64,000 bases of DNA from the human T2T-CHM13v2.0 reference genome, Homo sapiens: contig CP068257.2 of NCBI GenBank assembly GCA_009914755.4, forward strand, positions 7,552,001-7,616,000, read 5' to 3'. The notes under the pieces were generated by a model. The model ran no database searches. It was not told the DNA's origin and saw nothing but the letters and a program-made list of their open reading frames with translations. A program made the translations under genes and the position numbers. The stretch's first letter is position 1; each line of letters opens with the position of its first letter. Below are positions 15,757 to 29,347 of the stretch, one piece after another.

Positions 15757-17521
15757 ATATATGGGGATTTTGTTTTAAAAGTTATGTTTCCTGGATCTAC
15801 CAAGCTCATGAGAAAATAGAGCAAACAAGTCATTTGCATAGGTAAGAAACTTTGGATTTATAGCTTGTCCTCACTACTTTAGAAGATTATCATCATGTTT
15901 TGCAAAGCAAAATGTTAAACACAGACACAAGGGGAAAAAGAAATTAAAACTATAGGGGTGGGTGAAAAAATATTGCATAATTTATTACTGTTGACCTCAT
16001 CATATGACTGATTAAGGGCACTGAATTTAACTTGGATGTGAAGTAGACCTCATATTAGCTGCAGTTAATCAGTAGACCAGGCGTCCTAGCAGAATTAAAT
16101 TTGATGCTCCTGTGTTATCTTTAAAAGGCACAGCTTTTCTGAAAACCCTTACTCATAGTGCATGATTATCCATTAAGAAAAGGTGATGGAATATGTGAAT
16201 ACAGCTGAGGAGACACCACAAGGCAAATGCTAAGTGGTTCCCATTAATATTGCAAAAATCAACACTATAAAACAGAAAGCCATAGACATTATTTAATATT
16301 TGGTTTTGGGAGGTATTTTTAGTGGCACTGCATACAGTTGTACCTAATAATTGCTAAATTAGAGACGTAAAAGTAAAACAAAGGCACATTGTGTTTGAGT
16401 AGGAAATCTATAGACATCTAGCTGGTTTTCCCATCCAGCCACAAAATTCTAAATATAATCATGGTACCTGCACTCAAATTTATGTTAAATACCAACCTCA
16501 ATGAAATCACTCTTTCTTCCCATTCTCTTTGTTATTTATATGTTGCTTTCCTTAAGGGAAGAATACAAATGCCTTGCTAAGAACCATTCTGTTTGGTTGT
16601 AGGCTGCATAAGGGGAGTAAACACAAAGTACATTTGACCACAAAATGACTTTTTAAAAGTCAGAACTATGGTAGCATGAAGCCAAACGAGGTAATCTAGA
16701 ATAAAATTTTCTATGCTTCTTTCCCTTCTTTGCTCTCTTTCTACTCTAATAACTGCGATTCACACAGGTAAAGAAGAGTGTAATTCCTTGATAGAAACAC
16801 AGCTCCAAGATTAATCCTTTCTTTAACTATGAAGTTCGCGTGTCCAAAATCTGTGGTAGTTGCTGTCTGATTTTTATCACTGATGGTGATACAGATATTT
16901 ATCATCAACTCACAACTTCCCAAATCTTTGAAAAGTCTTACTATTGATGGTTCAACTAGTAGAAACATGATGTAAAATATCTGAAAATAAAGTTTTTATT
17001 TATTAGAATGTAAATAATAATACAAATTGTAATAAGGTGTAAAAGTTCTTTCTTCACTGAAGCAGTACCATGTTGTCCTCTACCCCACAAATGCACTACT
17101 CCCCCGTGGTCTAATGTATTTTAAAAGTCTTGTAATTGCTATTAACTCAGAAAAGTTTACTTAACTTGTTCTAAGCTTCTGGTATTTACTACAGTTTACT
17201 TTCAATCACTCAACCATCTCTGTTATATATGTTGTTTTCCATGAGAAATTTGTTTATTAGTAATTAAGATTCTTCAGGTATAAGAAAATATTTCAATAAC
17301 TAAGTTTGTGCATAAACACATTAAGGTCAAATACCCATGACATTATTGTGTGTTTCTGTGTACTAGAGACAAAAACTTCAAAAAAAATTTTAATGAATAT
17401 ACGTTAAATTAAAAAATGCTTTCATTAAACTGAGATAATCTTCCCTCAATGCATGAATACCTTCAGAATTCACATAGACCAAAGAATTGTATAAAGTATA
17501 ATAGCCTTAAAAATCTTATTT

Positions 17522-17826
17522 GTAGCTGGCACAATGACTCCCACCTGTAATCCCAGCACATTGGCAAGCCGAGGTGGGCAGATCACCTGAGGTCAGGAGT
17601 TCAAGAGCAGCCTGGCCAACCTGGTGAAACCCCATCTCTACTAAAAATAGAAAAATTAGCAGGGTATGGTAGCACGTGCAAGTAGTATCAGCTACTCGAG
17701 GGGCTGAGGCAGGAGAATTGCTTGAACCCGAGAGGCAGAGGTGGTAATGAGCCAAGACTGAGCCACTGCACTCCAGCCTTGGTGACAGAGCAAGACTCTG
17801 TCTCAAAAACACAAATAAACAAACAA
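17522..17826 (+). mobile_element. Alu, sense
   Basis: agctggcacaatgactcccacctgtaatcccagcacattggcaagccgaggtgggcagatcacctgaggtcaggagttcaagagcagcctggccaac ...ctccagccttggtgacagagcaagactctgtctc. Confidence 0.9.
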
Positions 17827-19304
17827 CCTAATTTTTCCCATATAAGTCTATGTTCATACAAGATCTGAAGAGTACACAACACCGTGAGACAGGACAGACA
17901 TATATTTTAAAAGTTATATTCCTGGTTTCTGTAAAAATAAAATAGTTGAATTTAAGCTTTCAAGACAAGTCAACGAAAAGAGAATGCAAAAGTGAAACTC
18001 GAAGGGTCATTTCCCCATCAAGGGCTCATGATCACTGGACATTCACAAACTATACTGTTCAAAACATTAGATCTGAATTTTGATCCGAGTATCCCTTTAG
18101 TAGCAGTTTCATTCAAGGATGTCCAAGAGGTAAAATAAGACAATATCATTTGCTATTTTCAGTTTTCTTTTCTGAGAACAGCCCAGCATTCTTCTTCAGA
18201 GAAATGAATTGTGCTAACTTCATAGGCTAAAGGCTCATGAGTCATAGTTCTAAGGGTATTAATAAAATATGGTGGTGTATGCTTGTATTCTGAACTTTTC
18301 AGGTTTAAACTCTCATATAGTAAACGCTAATAGATACAAACCAATTAAAGAAAAGCCCTCTTAATCTGACATTATTTTTCTTTTTATTTCTTCATTTATC
18401 AGCAACAGGAGAGTCTAACTAAATGTGGTAAAGTGGTATGAGGGAATACAATGAACAGTGTAAAATGAATTAAACCAGGGATAATCACACCAATGTGGGT
18501 ACAAGTGGAAAATATAATACAAAACACACCAAAGAAAGTGGCAGAAAGGTATATAAAGTGTATAACCACTCACATACCATTTTAGGACACAAAAAATTCT
18601 GCATATTATTTCTGAGCATCACAATGTAATTAAAGATTTCAAAAGGGCATTGAAATGAAAAACAACCAACTTATGATGTTGGTAGCCTCTATGCAATCAT
18701 GTTTTAAAAACTTTAACACCAAAAAGGCTCAAAATCACCATTTTAAAAGACTGTGTCTACCAGTCATAAATGAATCATTACTTTCGTCATTTGTAATAGT
18801 CAAAGATGCCACAAGCGCACGCATACACACATCTATATATACACCTACACACACAGTCTTGCTCATTAGAACATCTGATAGGCTTCAGATCATCAGTGTA
18901 ATAACACTAGCAGCAAGCCTCTGAAGTTAAAACAGAAACTGACACTTTAATAAGTAAAGCTTTCCTCTAGGTAAAGATCAGAACTCCAACTAGCACTTAA
19001 CTCACTGGAAATATCTTAAGAGTCTCAAAATTCACTGCTTTGAATCCCTGACAAGTATAAAAATTTTATACTGAAAACTTCATGCTATTCAAAACATTTA
19101 AACAGAAACATCTGACTTAAAGCTTACATTTTTAAAATCTTTTTTATGCTTCTAAATTTGTTTTTATTCAAATATGGATACCAACAATAACATTTATGTC
19201 AATGCCTTCTGTTCAATATTGAACAAATAGAATTAGGAATAAGAATAATATGAGTACATCCAATCATTGAATGTACTTTATTTCCAGTATTCCATTAAAT
19301 GTAC

Positions 19305-19377
19305 CTGCTCTCAATGTCTGTACATTCTTTCTTTGTACTGCTCCTTTCACAGCAGGATCTTCCACTTCAGTGCTAGG
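19305..19377 (-). pseudogene. candidate ANKRD30-like repeat-motif exon (…PSTEVEDPAVKGAVQRKNVQTLRAG)
   Basis: Open frame with acceptor ...cccattcag| and donor GAGAGCAG|gtacattt; resembles the repeated KPSAFEPATEMQKSVPNKALELKNEQTLRAD motif of ANKRD30A as I recall it. Confidence 0.3.
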
Positions 19378-21904
19378 CTGAATGGGTTTTAAAAGATAAC
19401 GATTCATAAATCATATATATTTTATACAACATGGAGTTAGTGATTCAAAAATATACATAATTAATTACCTTCAAGGAAGGATGTTTTGCAGGAGGCCCTA
19501 CAAAGCAAAGGGGATATGTCATCAATTATATGTAAGTATGACAAGGCCAACCAAACATTCATGCAGTGTTACTGTCGAGCTGAATTCTCAGGTCTGGCTA
19601 TAAAAATAATTACTTAAGGTTTTGAGGGTTCTTCTTGGCTTCTTCTTTTCATTGCCTAGGACAGCAACATGACAGAAACACAATGAGGAAAATAGGAATA
19701 TAGGATTCCCAAAATGCACAGTTTATATTTCAGTAGTGAGATTATGTTTCAAATGCCTATACTTAAAATAGAAAAGCATTGATATAACCGTGAACATGTG
19801 GACTGATGAGGAGAAAAGGGACCATTAAACAGAGGGGCAAATCAAACCTGAGAGAATCAATGTCAAAGCTGATGGTGAATGTACAGAGTATTTTAACTCC
19901 ACACACCAGAGGCATTGCTGCCAGCACAGCACAAATAAATTCCCCTTGTCTTGTCACTGAGGAAATACGCAGTTGGGATGACAGTTCAGGTGAATGTGTG
20001 ATTCACCTCTCATCAAAGAAAGGGTTCTACATTGATCAGCTAGGATACACACTTATGAAATAACAGCTAATCAAACTACTCATTTTTCCCATGATCACAT
20101 GGGCTACTGCAGCACCTACATTTCTCCTATCCCCTCATTTGGCCTTGAATTAGAGCTCCTTGATCCACTCATGCAAGGTGGTCCATAAAACACATCAAAT
20201 AAACCATGTCGAATAAGCTTCTGATATGAAAATATTTATCAAAAAAGAAAACATTGAATGACCACAGACTTGCTGGATATTAATACATATTTATATTTCA
20301 AAATCAGTGCAGTATTTATTGAAAATGATAATTTTGGTTTTCATGGAATGAATTTTATGATTACTTCTAAAATTAACTGAGTTTGGTATATTATCTTACA
20401 CTGTAAAGGACTTTTATAAAACAGCTATCATATCGAAGAACTGGCTGTCTCAAAAAAATTTCACCAAAGCATCTATATGCAACTTAATCATATCTTATTC
20501 ACTCATGTCAGTGAAACTTCTCTCCCTGAGGCCTGACAGTTATCAAGTGAAATGAGCTGCTGTGGTTTACCCCAACTCTAGCACTCCCTCCTGTCTCCAG
20601 TACTCTCCACAGCAATAACCTCTTTTGTGAGACTGGGCATATGCTGAAGCAACTGGAAGTGAGTTGTCTCAAGTTAACTTGGCTTTAACTCCCAAGACCC
20701 CAGCAAATGTCTTTCTTTCCTCCTTTTGTGTCCTTTCACCATCCCTCTTCCTTTGAAAAAATGATTATCAGAACTGTCATCCTGATGCTTCCCTTCCTAA
20801 CTGCTTTTTATGGATGATTGTGACCACTTTTTTCATCTGTATTCAGCAGTAGTATACACCTGTAATCTCTCTTTTTTCATCTCATTTTCCTTCCCCTGTG
20901 GCTAGAATCATGCTCAGAAATAAAAGGAAATTAAAGCTTTCCCTGGATTCTGTTATCTTTTAAATTGCTCTCCAGTGGTTCTTTTTCCAGATTTCTCTAA
21001 AGGAAGGCTATTCCCTTGCTACTCAGAGCTGTGTCCAAGGACCAGCACAAACATCACCTGAGTGCTCATGAGAAATGCAGACTCCAATACCTGCTGAGTC
21101 AGAATGTGCACTTTCCAGAAGCTCCTCAACGTATTCATGACAATTTGAATGCCTTGTTCTACACTGGTGTGCTTCCATATTGGTTTACCCTAATTGGCCT
21201 TTTTGGCCTAGCCTCAACTTCTTTCCTATTATGTCCCTGAATTTAATACTACGTTATAAGCCATAATGTTTCTAATGAACTTTTAATCAGGCAAAGCTTC
21301 TCTAATTAATTTCTTCCCAATAAATCACCCAACACTATTCTTTTCAATTATGTTAATATGATACTATCCTATGAAGTTACAACATTTTCTATGAAAACAA
21401 ATTACAGTCATACATGGCTGACCATTTATGGTGATGTTCATCTATGGTAGATAAAACACAGGTCTGCATGGTAAAGTACCTCAATCCTTAATGCCTCCCC
21501 AGTAGCGAGAATGACAGCAAGAGAAGGAAAATGTTACTGTAATTATATGACACATTTTGGTACTGGAAGCTCACTTTATCTTCCTTCCTATTTCTAACAC
21601 CCTGTTCTTCCTTCTTCTACAGATCAATTTGACTTTACTACCCTCCATTACATACATCCACTTTTTTTTATTTATTCCATGTACACTCTGCCCTCCTCAT
21701 TCTTTCTTTCTCTTTTATTCATTTCCTCTTCCCTCTCTCCTGACTTGCCTCAGGTCTTAGAGTATGTTAAAATGGAACTCATAACTCACCTCCTTTAGTG
21801 GTACTTCCAATAGAATCAACTGCTGACCCTTGGTTAGAGACACCACTTATCACCATTTCATTTATCTTTTACTTATGATACAGTTAATAGGACATTTTCT
21901 TTAG

Positions 21905-22246
<342 letters not shown>

Positions 22247-22443
22247 CTCCATCAAATGACTTTTTAAATAAAATACGGTTCTCACCTTTTCCTTTTCCAT
22301 TGACTATTCTGTTTCCTTTTTCATGAGAAGGTCCACGTAAAGGCTCTGACACTTTCTCGGGGACACACTGCTAAGGTAATATCAAGAATTAGTTTCCATT
22401 TAAAATTATAATGAGTTGCATCAAGAGTTTCTTATCAATCTCT

Positions 22444-22739
22444 TTTTATGAAACTGGGTCTCACTCTGTCAACCCAGGGCTAGAATGCAGGGGCCTGATT
22501 ATGGCTCACTGTGGTCTCAAACTCCTGACCTCAAGCAATCTTCCCACCTCAACTTCCTGAATAGCTGGAACTACAGGTGCATACCATCATGTCATGCTAA
22601 TGTTTTTATTGTTATCTTTGTAGAGACAAGGCCTCATTATACCTCCCAGGCTGGTCTCAAGCTCCTGGGCTCAAGCAAATCTTCCACTTCTGCCTCCCAA
22701 AATGTTGAGATAAGCAGTGTGCACCACCACACCCAGCCC
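22444..22739 (-). mobile_element. Alu (older, AluJ-like), antisense
   Basis: gaaactgggtctcactctgtcaacccagggctagaatgcaggggcctgattatggctcactgtggtctcaaactcctgacctcaagcaatc... Confidence 0.85.
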
Positions 22740-22754
22740 TAATCAATTTCTTTA

Positions 22755-23060
<306 letters not shown>

Positions 23061-23428
23061 AATTTCAATTTAAAAGAGAGATACAAACAAAAAACAAGCC
23101 TAATTAGTCAATGAAATATGAGCTTAAGCCAAGAAAGAAAACGAAAAACATGAAGTACAATAAAGTACATGGGGAAATAGATCTATAACAGAGCCTTCGG
23201 TCTTTCATAACTCTGATAATACTAATTAATATTTATGCTGCAATTAGTTTTTTGTAAGTACTTCTGTGATAGTGTTTCTTACTATAAGACATTCAATTAG
23301 CTAAATATGGTCATCTACCATTACCTGAAAGAACATTATTATAACAGAGAGAGAAAACTGGAACTTTCCATCAACTTTCCACCCAGAAAAAGAATTGGTC
23401 ACCAGAATTCTAAAGAGTAATGTATGGC

Positions 23429-24201
23429 AGACACATGAAAAAATGCTCATCATCACTGGCCATCAGAGAAATGCAAATCGAAACCACTATGAGATATCAT
23501 TTCACACCAGTTAGAATGGCAATCATTAAAAAGTCAGGAAACAACAGGTGCTGGAGAGGATGTGGAGAAATAGGAATACTTTTACACTGTTGGTGGGACT
23601 GTAAACTAGTTCAACCATTGTGGAAGACAGTGTGGAGATTCCTCAAGGATCAAGAATTAGAAATACTGTTTGATCCAGCCATCCCATTACTGGATATATA
23701 TGCAAAGGATTATAAATCATGCTGCTATAAAGACACATGCACATGTATGTTTATTGCAGCACTATTCATAATAGCAAAGACTTGGAACCAACCCATATGC
23801 CCATCAATGATAGACTGGATTAAGAAAATGTGGCACTTACACACCATGGAATACTATGCAGCATAAAAAATGATGAGTTCATGTCCTTTGTAGGGACATG
23901 GATGAAGCTGGAAACCATCATTCTGAGCAAACTGTTCCAAGGACAGAAAACCAAACACCACATGTTCTCACTCATAGGTGGGAACTGAAAAATGAGAACA
24001 CTTGGACACAGGATGGGGAACATCACACACCATGGCCTGTCATGGGGTGGGGGGAGAGGGGAGGAATAGCATTAAGAGATATACCTAGTATAAATGACGA
24101 GTTAATGGGTGCAGCACACCAACATGGCACATGTATACATATTTAACAAACCTGCACGTTGTGCACATGTACCCTAGAACTTAAAGTATAATAATAATAA
24201 T
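23429..24201 (+). mobile_element. L1 (L1PA-type) 3' end, 5'-truncated insertion with 17-bp target-site duplication
   Basis: ORF 23420-23866 translates to the L1 ORF2 C-terminus (…[54 protein letters not shown]…[26 protein letters not shown]); 3' UTR motifs ggaggaatagcattaagagatatacctag…aacaaacctgcacgttgtgcacatgtaccctagaacttaaagtataataataat; aaagagtaatgtatggc at 23412-23428 and again at 24202-24218. Confidence 0.9.
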
Positions 24202-24569
24202 AAAGAGTAATGTATGGCTTGAAATGGTGTATTTAATGGAACATGAGTTGGGTCTAATAAAAAGCTTAAGAAATATTAATCTAAAATCTCAATGTTAAGA
24301 TTCCAGTTGAATGATACTAGAAAATATATTGTAACCCTCTTTGCTACCGATGACCTATTTCTATTTTATTTCCTTTTTAATTATGGCATAAATTCTCAAC
24401 ATAACATGTCAAAACTTATACACCGTTAAATATTAAAAAATAATACAATGTAAGCAATATTTTAAATACAATATTTAATGATTAGATACATTAGGTTTAT
24501 TATATTACTTATAACATTCCATTATATAAAAATTCATTTGTTTATTTATTCAGATTAAACAACTATTAA

Positions 24570-24865
24570 GGCTGAATGTCTCATGTCTGTAACCCCAGCA
24601 CTTTGAGAGGCTGAGGCGAGCAGAACATTTGAGCCCAACAATTAAAGAAGAGCCTGGGCAACAAGGCAAAACCCTATCTCTACAAAACTCAGCCCAGCAT
24701 GGTGACACAGGTCTATGGTGACATAGCTCTATTGTTTCAACTACTTGGATGGCTGAGGTGTGAGGATCACCTGAGCCTAGGAAATGGAGATCAGAGTGAG
24801 CCAAGATCTCACCAGTGCCCTCCAGCCTGGGTGACAGAGTGAAACCCCATCTCAAAAAACAACAA
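24570..24865 (+). mobile_element. Alu (older), sense
   Basis: ggctgaatgtctcatgtctgtaaccccagcactttgagaggctgaggcgagcagaacatttgagcccaac...ccagcctgggtgacagagtgaaaccccatctcaaaaaac. Confidence 0.85.
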
Positions 24866-25044
24866 GTAAAATGCTTCTTACATGGAAGACTGTATTCTAG
24901 GTACTCCAGGATACACACAAATATGTTTACTGACCTCCAGTAGCTTATGGTATGCAGGAGCTTCCAATGATCATTTAAAAAACTAAATAGAAAACCTTCT
25001 GACATTCAAACTTTCAGAATATGATATAAGGACTTTGAGTGGTT

Positions 25045-25359
25045 ATTTTATTTTATTTTATTTTTTAAGATGTAGTCTTGCTCTGTCACCCAGCCTACAG
25101 TGCAATGGTGCGATCTTGGCTCACTGCAATCTTTGCCTCCTGGGTTCAAGCGATTCTCCTGCCTTAGCCTCCTGAGCAACTGGGATTACAGGCATGCACT
25201 ATCATGCTTGGATAATTTTTGTGCTTTTTTTTTTTTTTTTTAAGAGACAGGGTTTCACCATGCTGGCCAGGCTGATCTTGAACTCCTGACCTCAGGTGAG
25301 CTACCCACCTCGGCCTCCAAAAGTGCTGGGATTACAGGTGTGAGCCACCACGCCTGGCC
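25045..25359 (-). mobile_element. Alu, antisense, with internal T-run
   Basis: ttttttaagatgtagtcttgctctgtcacccagcctacagtgcaatggtgcgatcttggctcactgcaatctttgcctcctgggttcaagcgattctcc ... aaagtgctgggattacaggtgtgagccaccacgcctggcc. Confidence 0.9.
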
Positions 25360-25609
25360 AAGTAAATATTTTAAATAAACTACAATGACAAAATTATGAT
25401 GATAAAGACTTACCATATTGGTATTAAGAGTCTCTGCTTCTAGAACTGGTTATTTGCAGGAAAATACATGTTATTCAATTAGATGAAGTGTTTTATATAA
25501 ACTCTTCATGGACAACTCATAAATCACATAAAAATCCCTTTGCAATACAAATCTTGAGAACATAAATTTAAATTTCTACATTTCCACAATTTATATTTTT
25601 AAATCAGAT

Positions 25610-25720
25610 ACAATGTTACCCAGGCTGTTCTCAAACTCCTGTGTTCAAGCAATCTTACTGTCTCAAACTCCCAAGTAGCAGGGACTACAGGTGTACACCA
25701 CCAAACTCAGCTATTTTTCT
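25610..25720 (-). mobile_element. Alu monomer-like fragment, antisense
   Basis: gttacccaggctgttctcaaactcctgtgttcaagcaatcttactgtctcaaactcccaagtagcagggactacaggtgtacaccacc. Confidence 0.7.
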
Positions 25721-28700
25721 ACAACTTTTAATACTTTTTTAGTCTCACTACAGAACCAATAATATAAGTAGAGAAACAATCTCTCCTAAAAACTATATGA
25801 CACCAAAATGATAAGTTTCCAAGAACAAAAGCTATATGCTATGTGCTGAACATTTCTGCCACTAAAAATTACCAGGAGGATTCCATGATTACTGCAAACA
25901 ATTTGATCCACTGAAGGTTTATACAGGAATAAATATTAAGAAAGTCACACTCGTATGATTTAAAAGTCAAAGTATTAGTATTTATCCAAATAAACTTTAA
26001 CCAAAGTTCATATTTCTTCTATTGGAGAAAGCATTTCCTAATGTGATTTTCCTGTGACTACTTATTTTCCAGTTCATTTATTTTTCAGCTCCCACCCTGT
26101 CACAGTACTTACCAATCTTTATTAGTTACCAAAGTTAAACACATTTTTTGAATCAACTAGCCATGTGTATGTTTTTCTCTGACCAGCTTTCCATTACCAC
26201 CATAAAACAATGATAGGTAAACCACTGCTAAATTTGAAAAGTAAATACTATGCAAAACTACACCCAGAGTGAGAAGATTAATTTTACAAGAGACCACTTT
26301 ACCTTAGTAGCAACACTCAAGTCTTCATCATCCAATGTAGGCAATGAATCCACACACAGTTCATGCAAAATGCTTGAGAGCAAAAATACACAATGAAAAT
26401 GAGCAAGTTGATTTCTTTACAATTTTTTTAACTGCCAGTTTATATCCAGCTTCCCCCTCAAAAAAAGGAAAACATAATCTGGGGAAAAGTCAGTGATCTA
26501 TATATTAAATTACGATTCTTGATATAATTAAAATATGTCCTCTGTTCTAAAAAGAGATTTTAGTTACCTATTTCTGCCTCCACCTGTCTAAATCTATAAA
26601 ATATTCAATGAAAACTAACCTTGAGGTTTATAACAAATAGTGACAGTCAATATATTGGCAGAGCCTGACAATAATGTGCCCTCACAAATTATCTGTCCTG
26701 AAGCTGAACTTAAAATTCAATTAATGGATGACATAAATTTTGTTCCCTAAACTGGAATAAAACTGATGACCTAAAACAAGGTAGAAAGATCCACTGTCTC
26801 TTTTCCATGATCTGTCTCTGGATAAAAGACTAATCTACATCACTTCAAAATGGTAGTCTTGATTCCTCAGCATGGATCCAACTTAGGAAGGTCCTATTGC
26901 TTTCCTTTACCCTAAATTGGTACAGGAAAACCCCCACAATATTTGAAATGTATGAAAGCTAAATGTACAGAAGTCAAATAGCAAAGATGTATGTTCTTAT
27001 TGAGAATACTTTTCCCAGAAAGATTAAAATATTCACAATTATAAAATCCCATTATTTTCACTCTATAGGTCCTACCTTATTCAGGTCCACATAAACTAGC
27101 AATCCCTTAAAAATTTTCATAGGCACTCAGACACCCAAGGAGAGAGACTGCCAGAAAAGAAACAGAGTCATGATAGTTGTACCTCTATTTCCCTAAGTAC
27201 TATCTAAGTATATTTCTTCCTATGGACACCCACTTCCAGATTCTACTTCTGCAGGGTTCCACAGAAGTCTCCAATCTTTAAATCTTCAGTGTATGAAAGC
27301 ACAGATTCCTGAAAGAATGGCCTCAAATGACCAGGAGTAGGAGCTCTCTATATCCCTGCTCCTGAAAAACAAGCTAACTGGAGTCTCCATCACCTGCCAC
27401 CAGCTATACACACTACCAACTACCCAACTGAACTCCATGACTGATTTTCCAGCTAATCATGCCCCTGACCCAGCCCACATGGACATGGGAAGGACATCAG
27501 TGAACTGTGAAAAGAGGCAGAGGTGAGGAGACACCTGCCCTGTGCCACACATCTATGTAGTTCAGCAATTTCCATCCCCTTAGTACTCCAGGGGCTCTAA
27601 GCCACCCCTTTGTAAGTCAGGATGGAAGTAGATGACACCACATTTCTATCTGCTGTAGACATTCTTCCCAGTGTCTCAAAATGTTTTGGCATCTTTCAGT
27701 AAAAATCTTCAAGTTTGTCAGTCCTTGATTTAAAAAAAAAAAAGCAGCAAAATTTTTAGAGCTCCCTTGAACCTTCTATTTTAATGTGCCTTTGTAGATA
27801 ATTCCCAACATCTTGTGTCCTTCATTTTTATAATTTATCTTTATCAAACTTGTCATAAACCCCAATACTTTGATCTCTTGTAGAAGAGTCCGTACTCCTA
27901 TCCAATCCAGTGTTGTTTATCTTCAAACTTGGACTTCCCCTGCTCATTCCATTCTTATCTACTTCCATTGGGTTCACCAGCTAATTCCATTCTCATTCTA
28001 TCCACAGACTCACTCCCGTTTGTATTATTAAAACACACGCTAATAGGACATAGAAAGAAGCAAGAGTACTGGGCTTTACCATGAGTTCAAATCTCATTTC
28101 TGCCAATTCCTATGTCTAAAAAAAAGCTTCGTAATCTCTTTGAGCCTCACATTCTCTATCTAGAGAATCACTTGACCAGAATGTTCAACGCAGAGAAAAA
28201 TACTAGAAGGTATTTTAATTCATTCCAAGATTCCTTAAAATTCTGTAATTCTATGTCCTCTTGATTCTGTCTATAGAAAAACTTGGAATACATAGGCAGC
28301 AGAGTTTGAAAAAATAATAGAACAAAAGAAACACCAAGAAAAACAGAGAAGAAAGTTTTAAAAAATGAGGACAAGATTATATAAAAGTCATGGAAAAAGC
28401 AACAGGACTAAAAAATGTATTATGGAAGTAAGCAGAAATACTTGCCTAAATGGAAAGCCAAACTGTGAAGTCAAATAATTTGTCTCTAAGACTTGCCTAA
28501 ACTTGCTTTGGTAAAACTTACAGTCCTATGGCCAAAGCTAAGTCAGATCTGCCCTAGAGCCTTTGAAGGTAAAAATAAGATACTGGTTACACTGAAATCG
28601 TCAAATTTATTAGGACTAACCACATTCTAACAATAAACTTAAATGAGAGTTCAAGGTATTTAAACTCTCATTAATTTAGAAGTTAATCAAATTAATGAAT

Positions 28701-29162
28701 CTGATTGATCTGATTCAGACCTATACTATGATCCAAGGGCTGCACAGATATCTATCAATCTATGCTGAGGAGCAAGAGAAAGGATTTGGAAGGCAGGCAG
28801 GCTGATGGTCAAACTGTAGGCCAGCTACTTTGTTAACTATGGGATCATGAGGCAATTAATCAGCTCTAATCCATAGTTGTTTATTTAACAGTAGGTTATA
28901 GGAACACAGATGTTATGATGGCTTTATGAGATGATAAATGCATAGAACATATTAGGATGTCTAGCCCAGAATACAACACTCAACAGATATTAGTTTCTTC
29001 CATCTATATTTTCTTAGTTAACATAATTTTTTAAATCTATGAAATCTTACCTGACTGCAGATTCATCAGAAATTCCAACATCTATTAAAGAAAAAGGTAA
29101 AATGCATTTTAAATCAATAATAAATGTACAGAATATTAAAATCATAAGAATGCACAGTGATG

Positions 29163-29272
29163 CATGCCTCTAATCCAAACTACTTGGGAGGATGAGGCAG
29201 GAGGATCACTTGAGGAGCCCAGAAGTTTGAGACCAGCTTGGGAAACATAGTAAGACTCTACCTTCATAAAAA
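29163..29272 (+). mobile_element. Alu-monomer (FLAM-like) fragment
   Basis: gcctctaatccaaactacttgggaggatgaggcaggaggatcacttgaggagcccagaagtttgagaccagcttgggaaacatagtaagactctacc. Confidence 0.6.
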
Positions 29273-29290
29273 AATTGTGCACACTTGTGT

Positions 29291-29347
29291 GTATGCTTTA
29301 GATCCTGTTTTTTGTTGTTGTTGTTGTTTTGGTTTGGTTTGGTTTTT
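29291..29347. repeat. (GTT)n / (GGTTT)n simple repeat
   Basis: gttttttgttgttgttgttgttttggtttggtttggtttttt. Confidence 0.85.

Noticed and set aside
23420-23866. 148-aa + strand ORF
   Set aside because: It is the C-terminal part of L1 ORF2 within a 5'-truncated L1, so it is transposon-derived and not a host gene.
24550-25005. 151-aa minus-strand ORF
   Set aside because: It is translated almost entirely from Alu sequence (…SPRLEGTGEILAHSDLHFLGSGDP…), the typical Alu-derived pseudo-ORF. The same holds for 55851-56300, 53269-53619, 51631-51975, 17516-17812 and 329-835.
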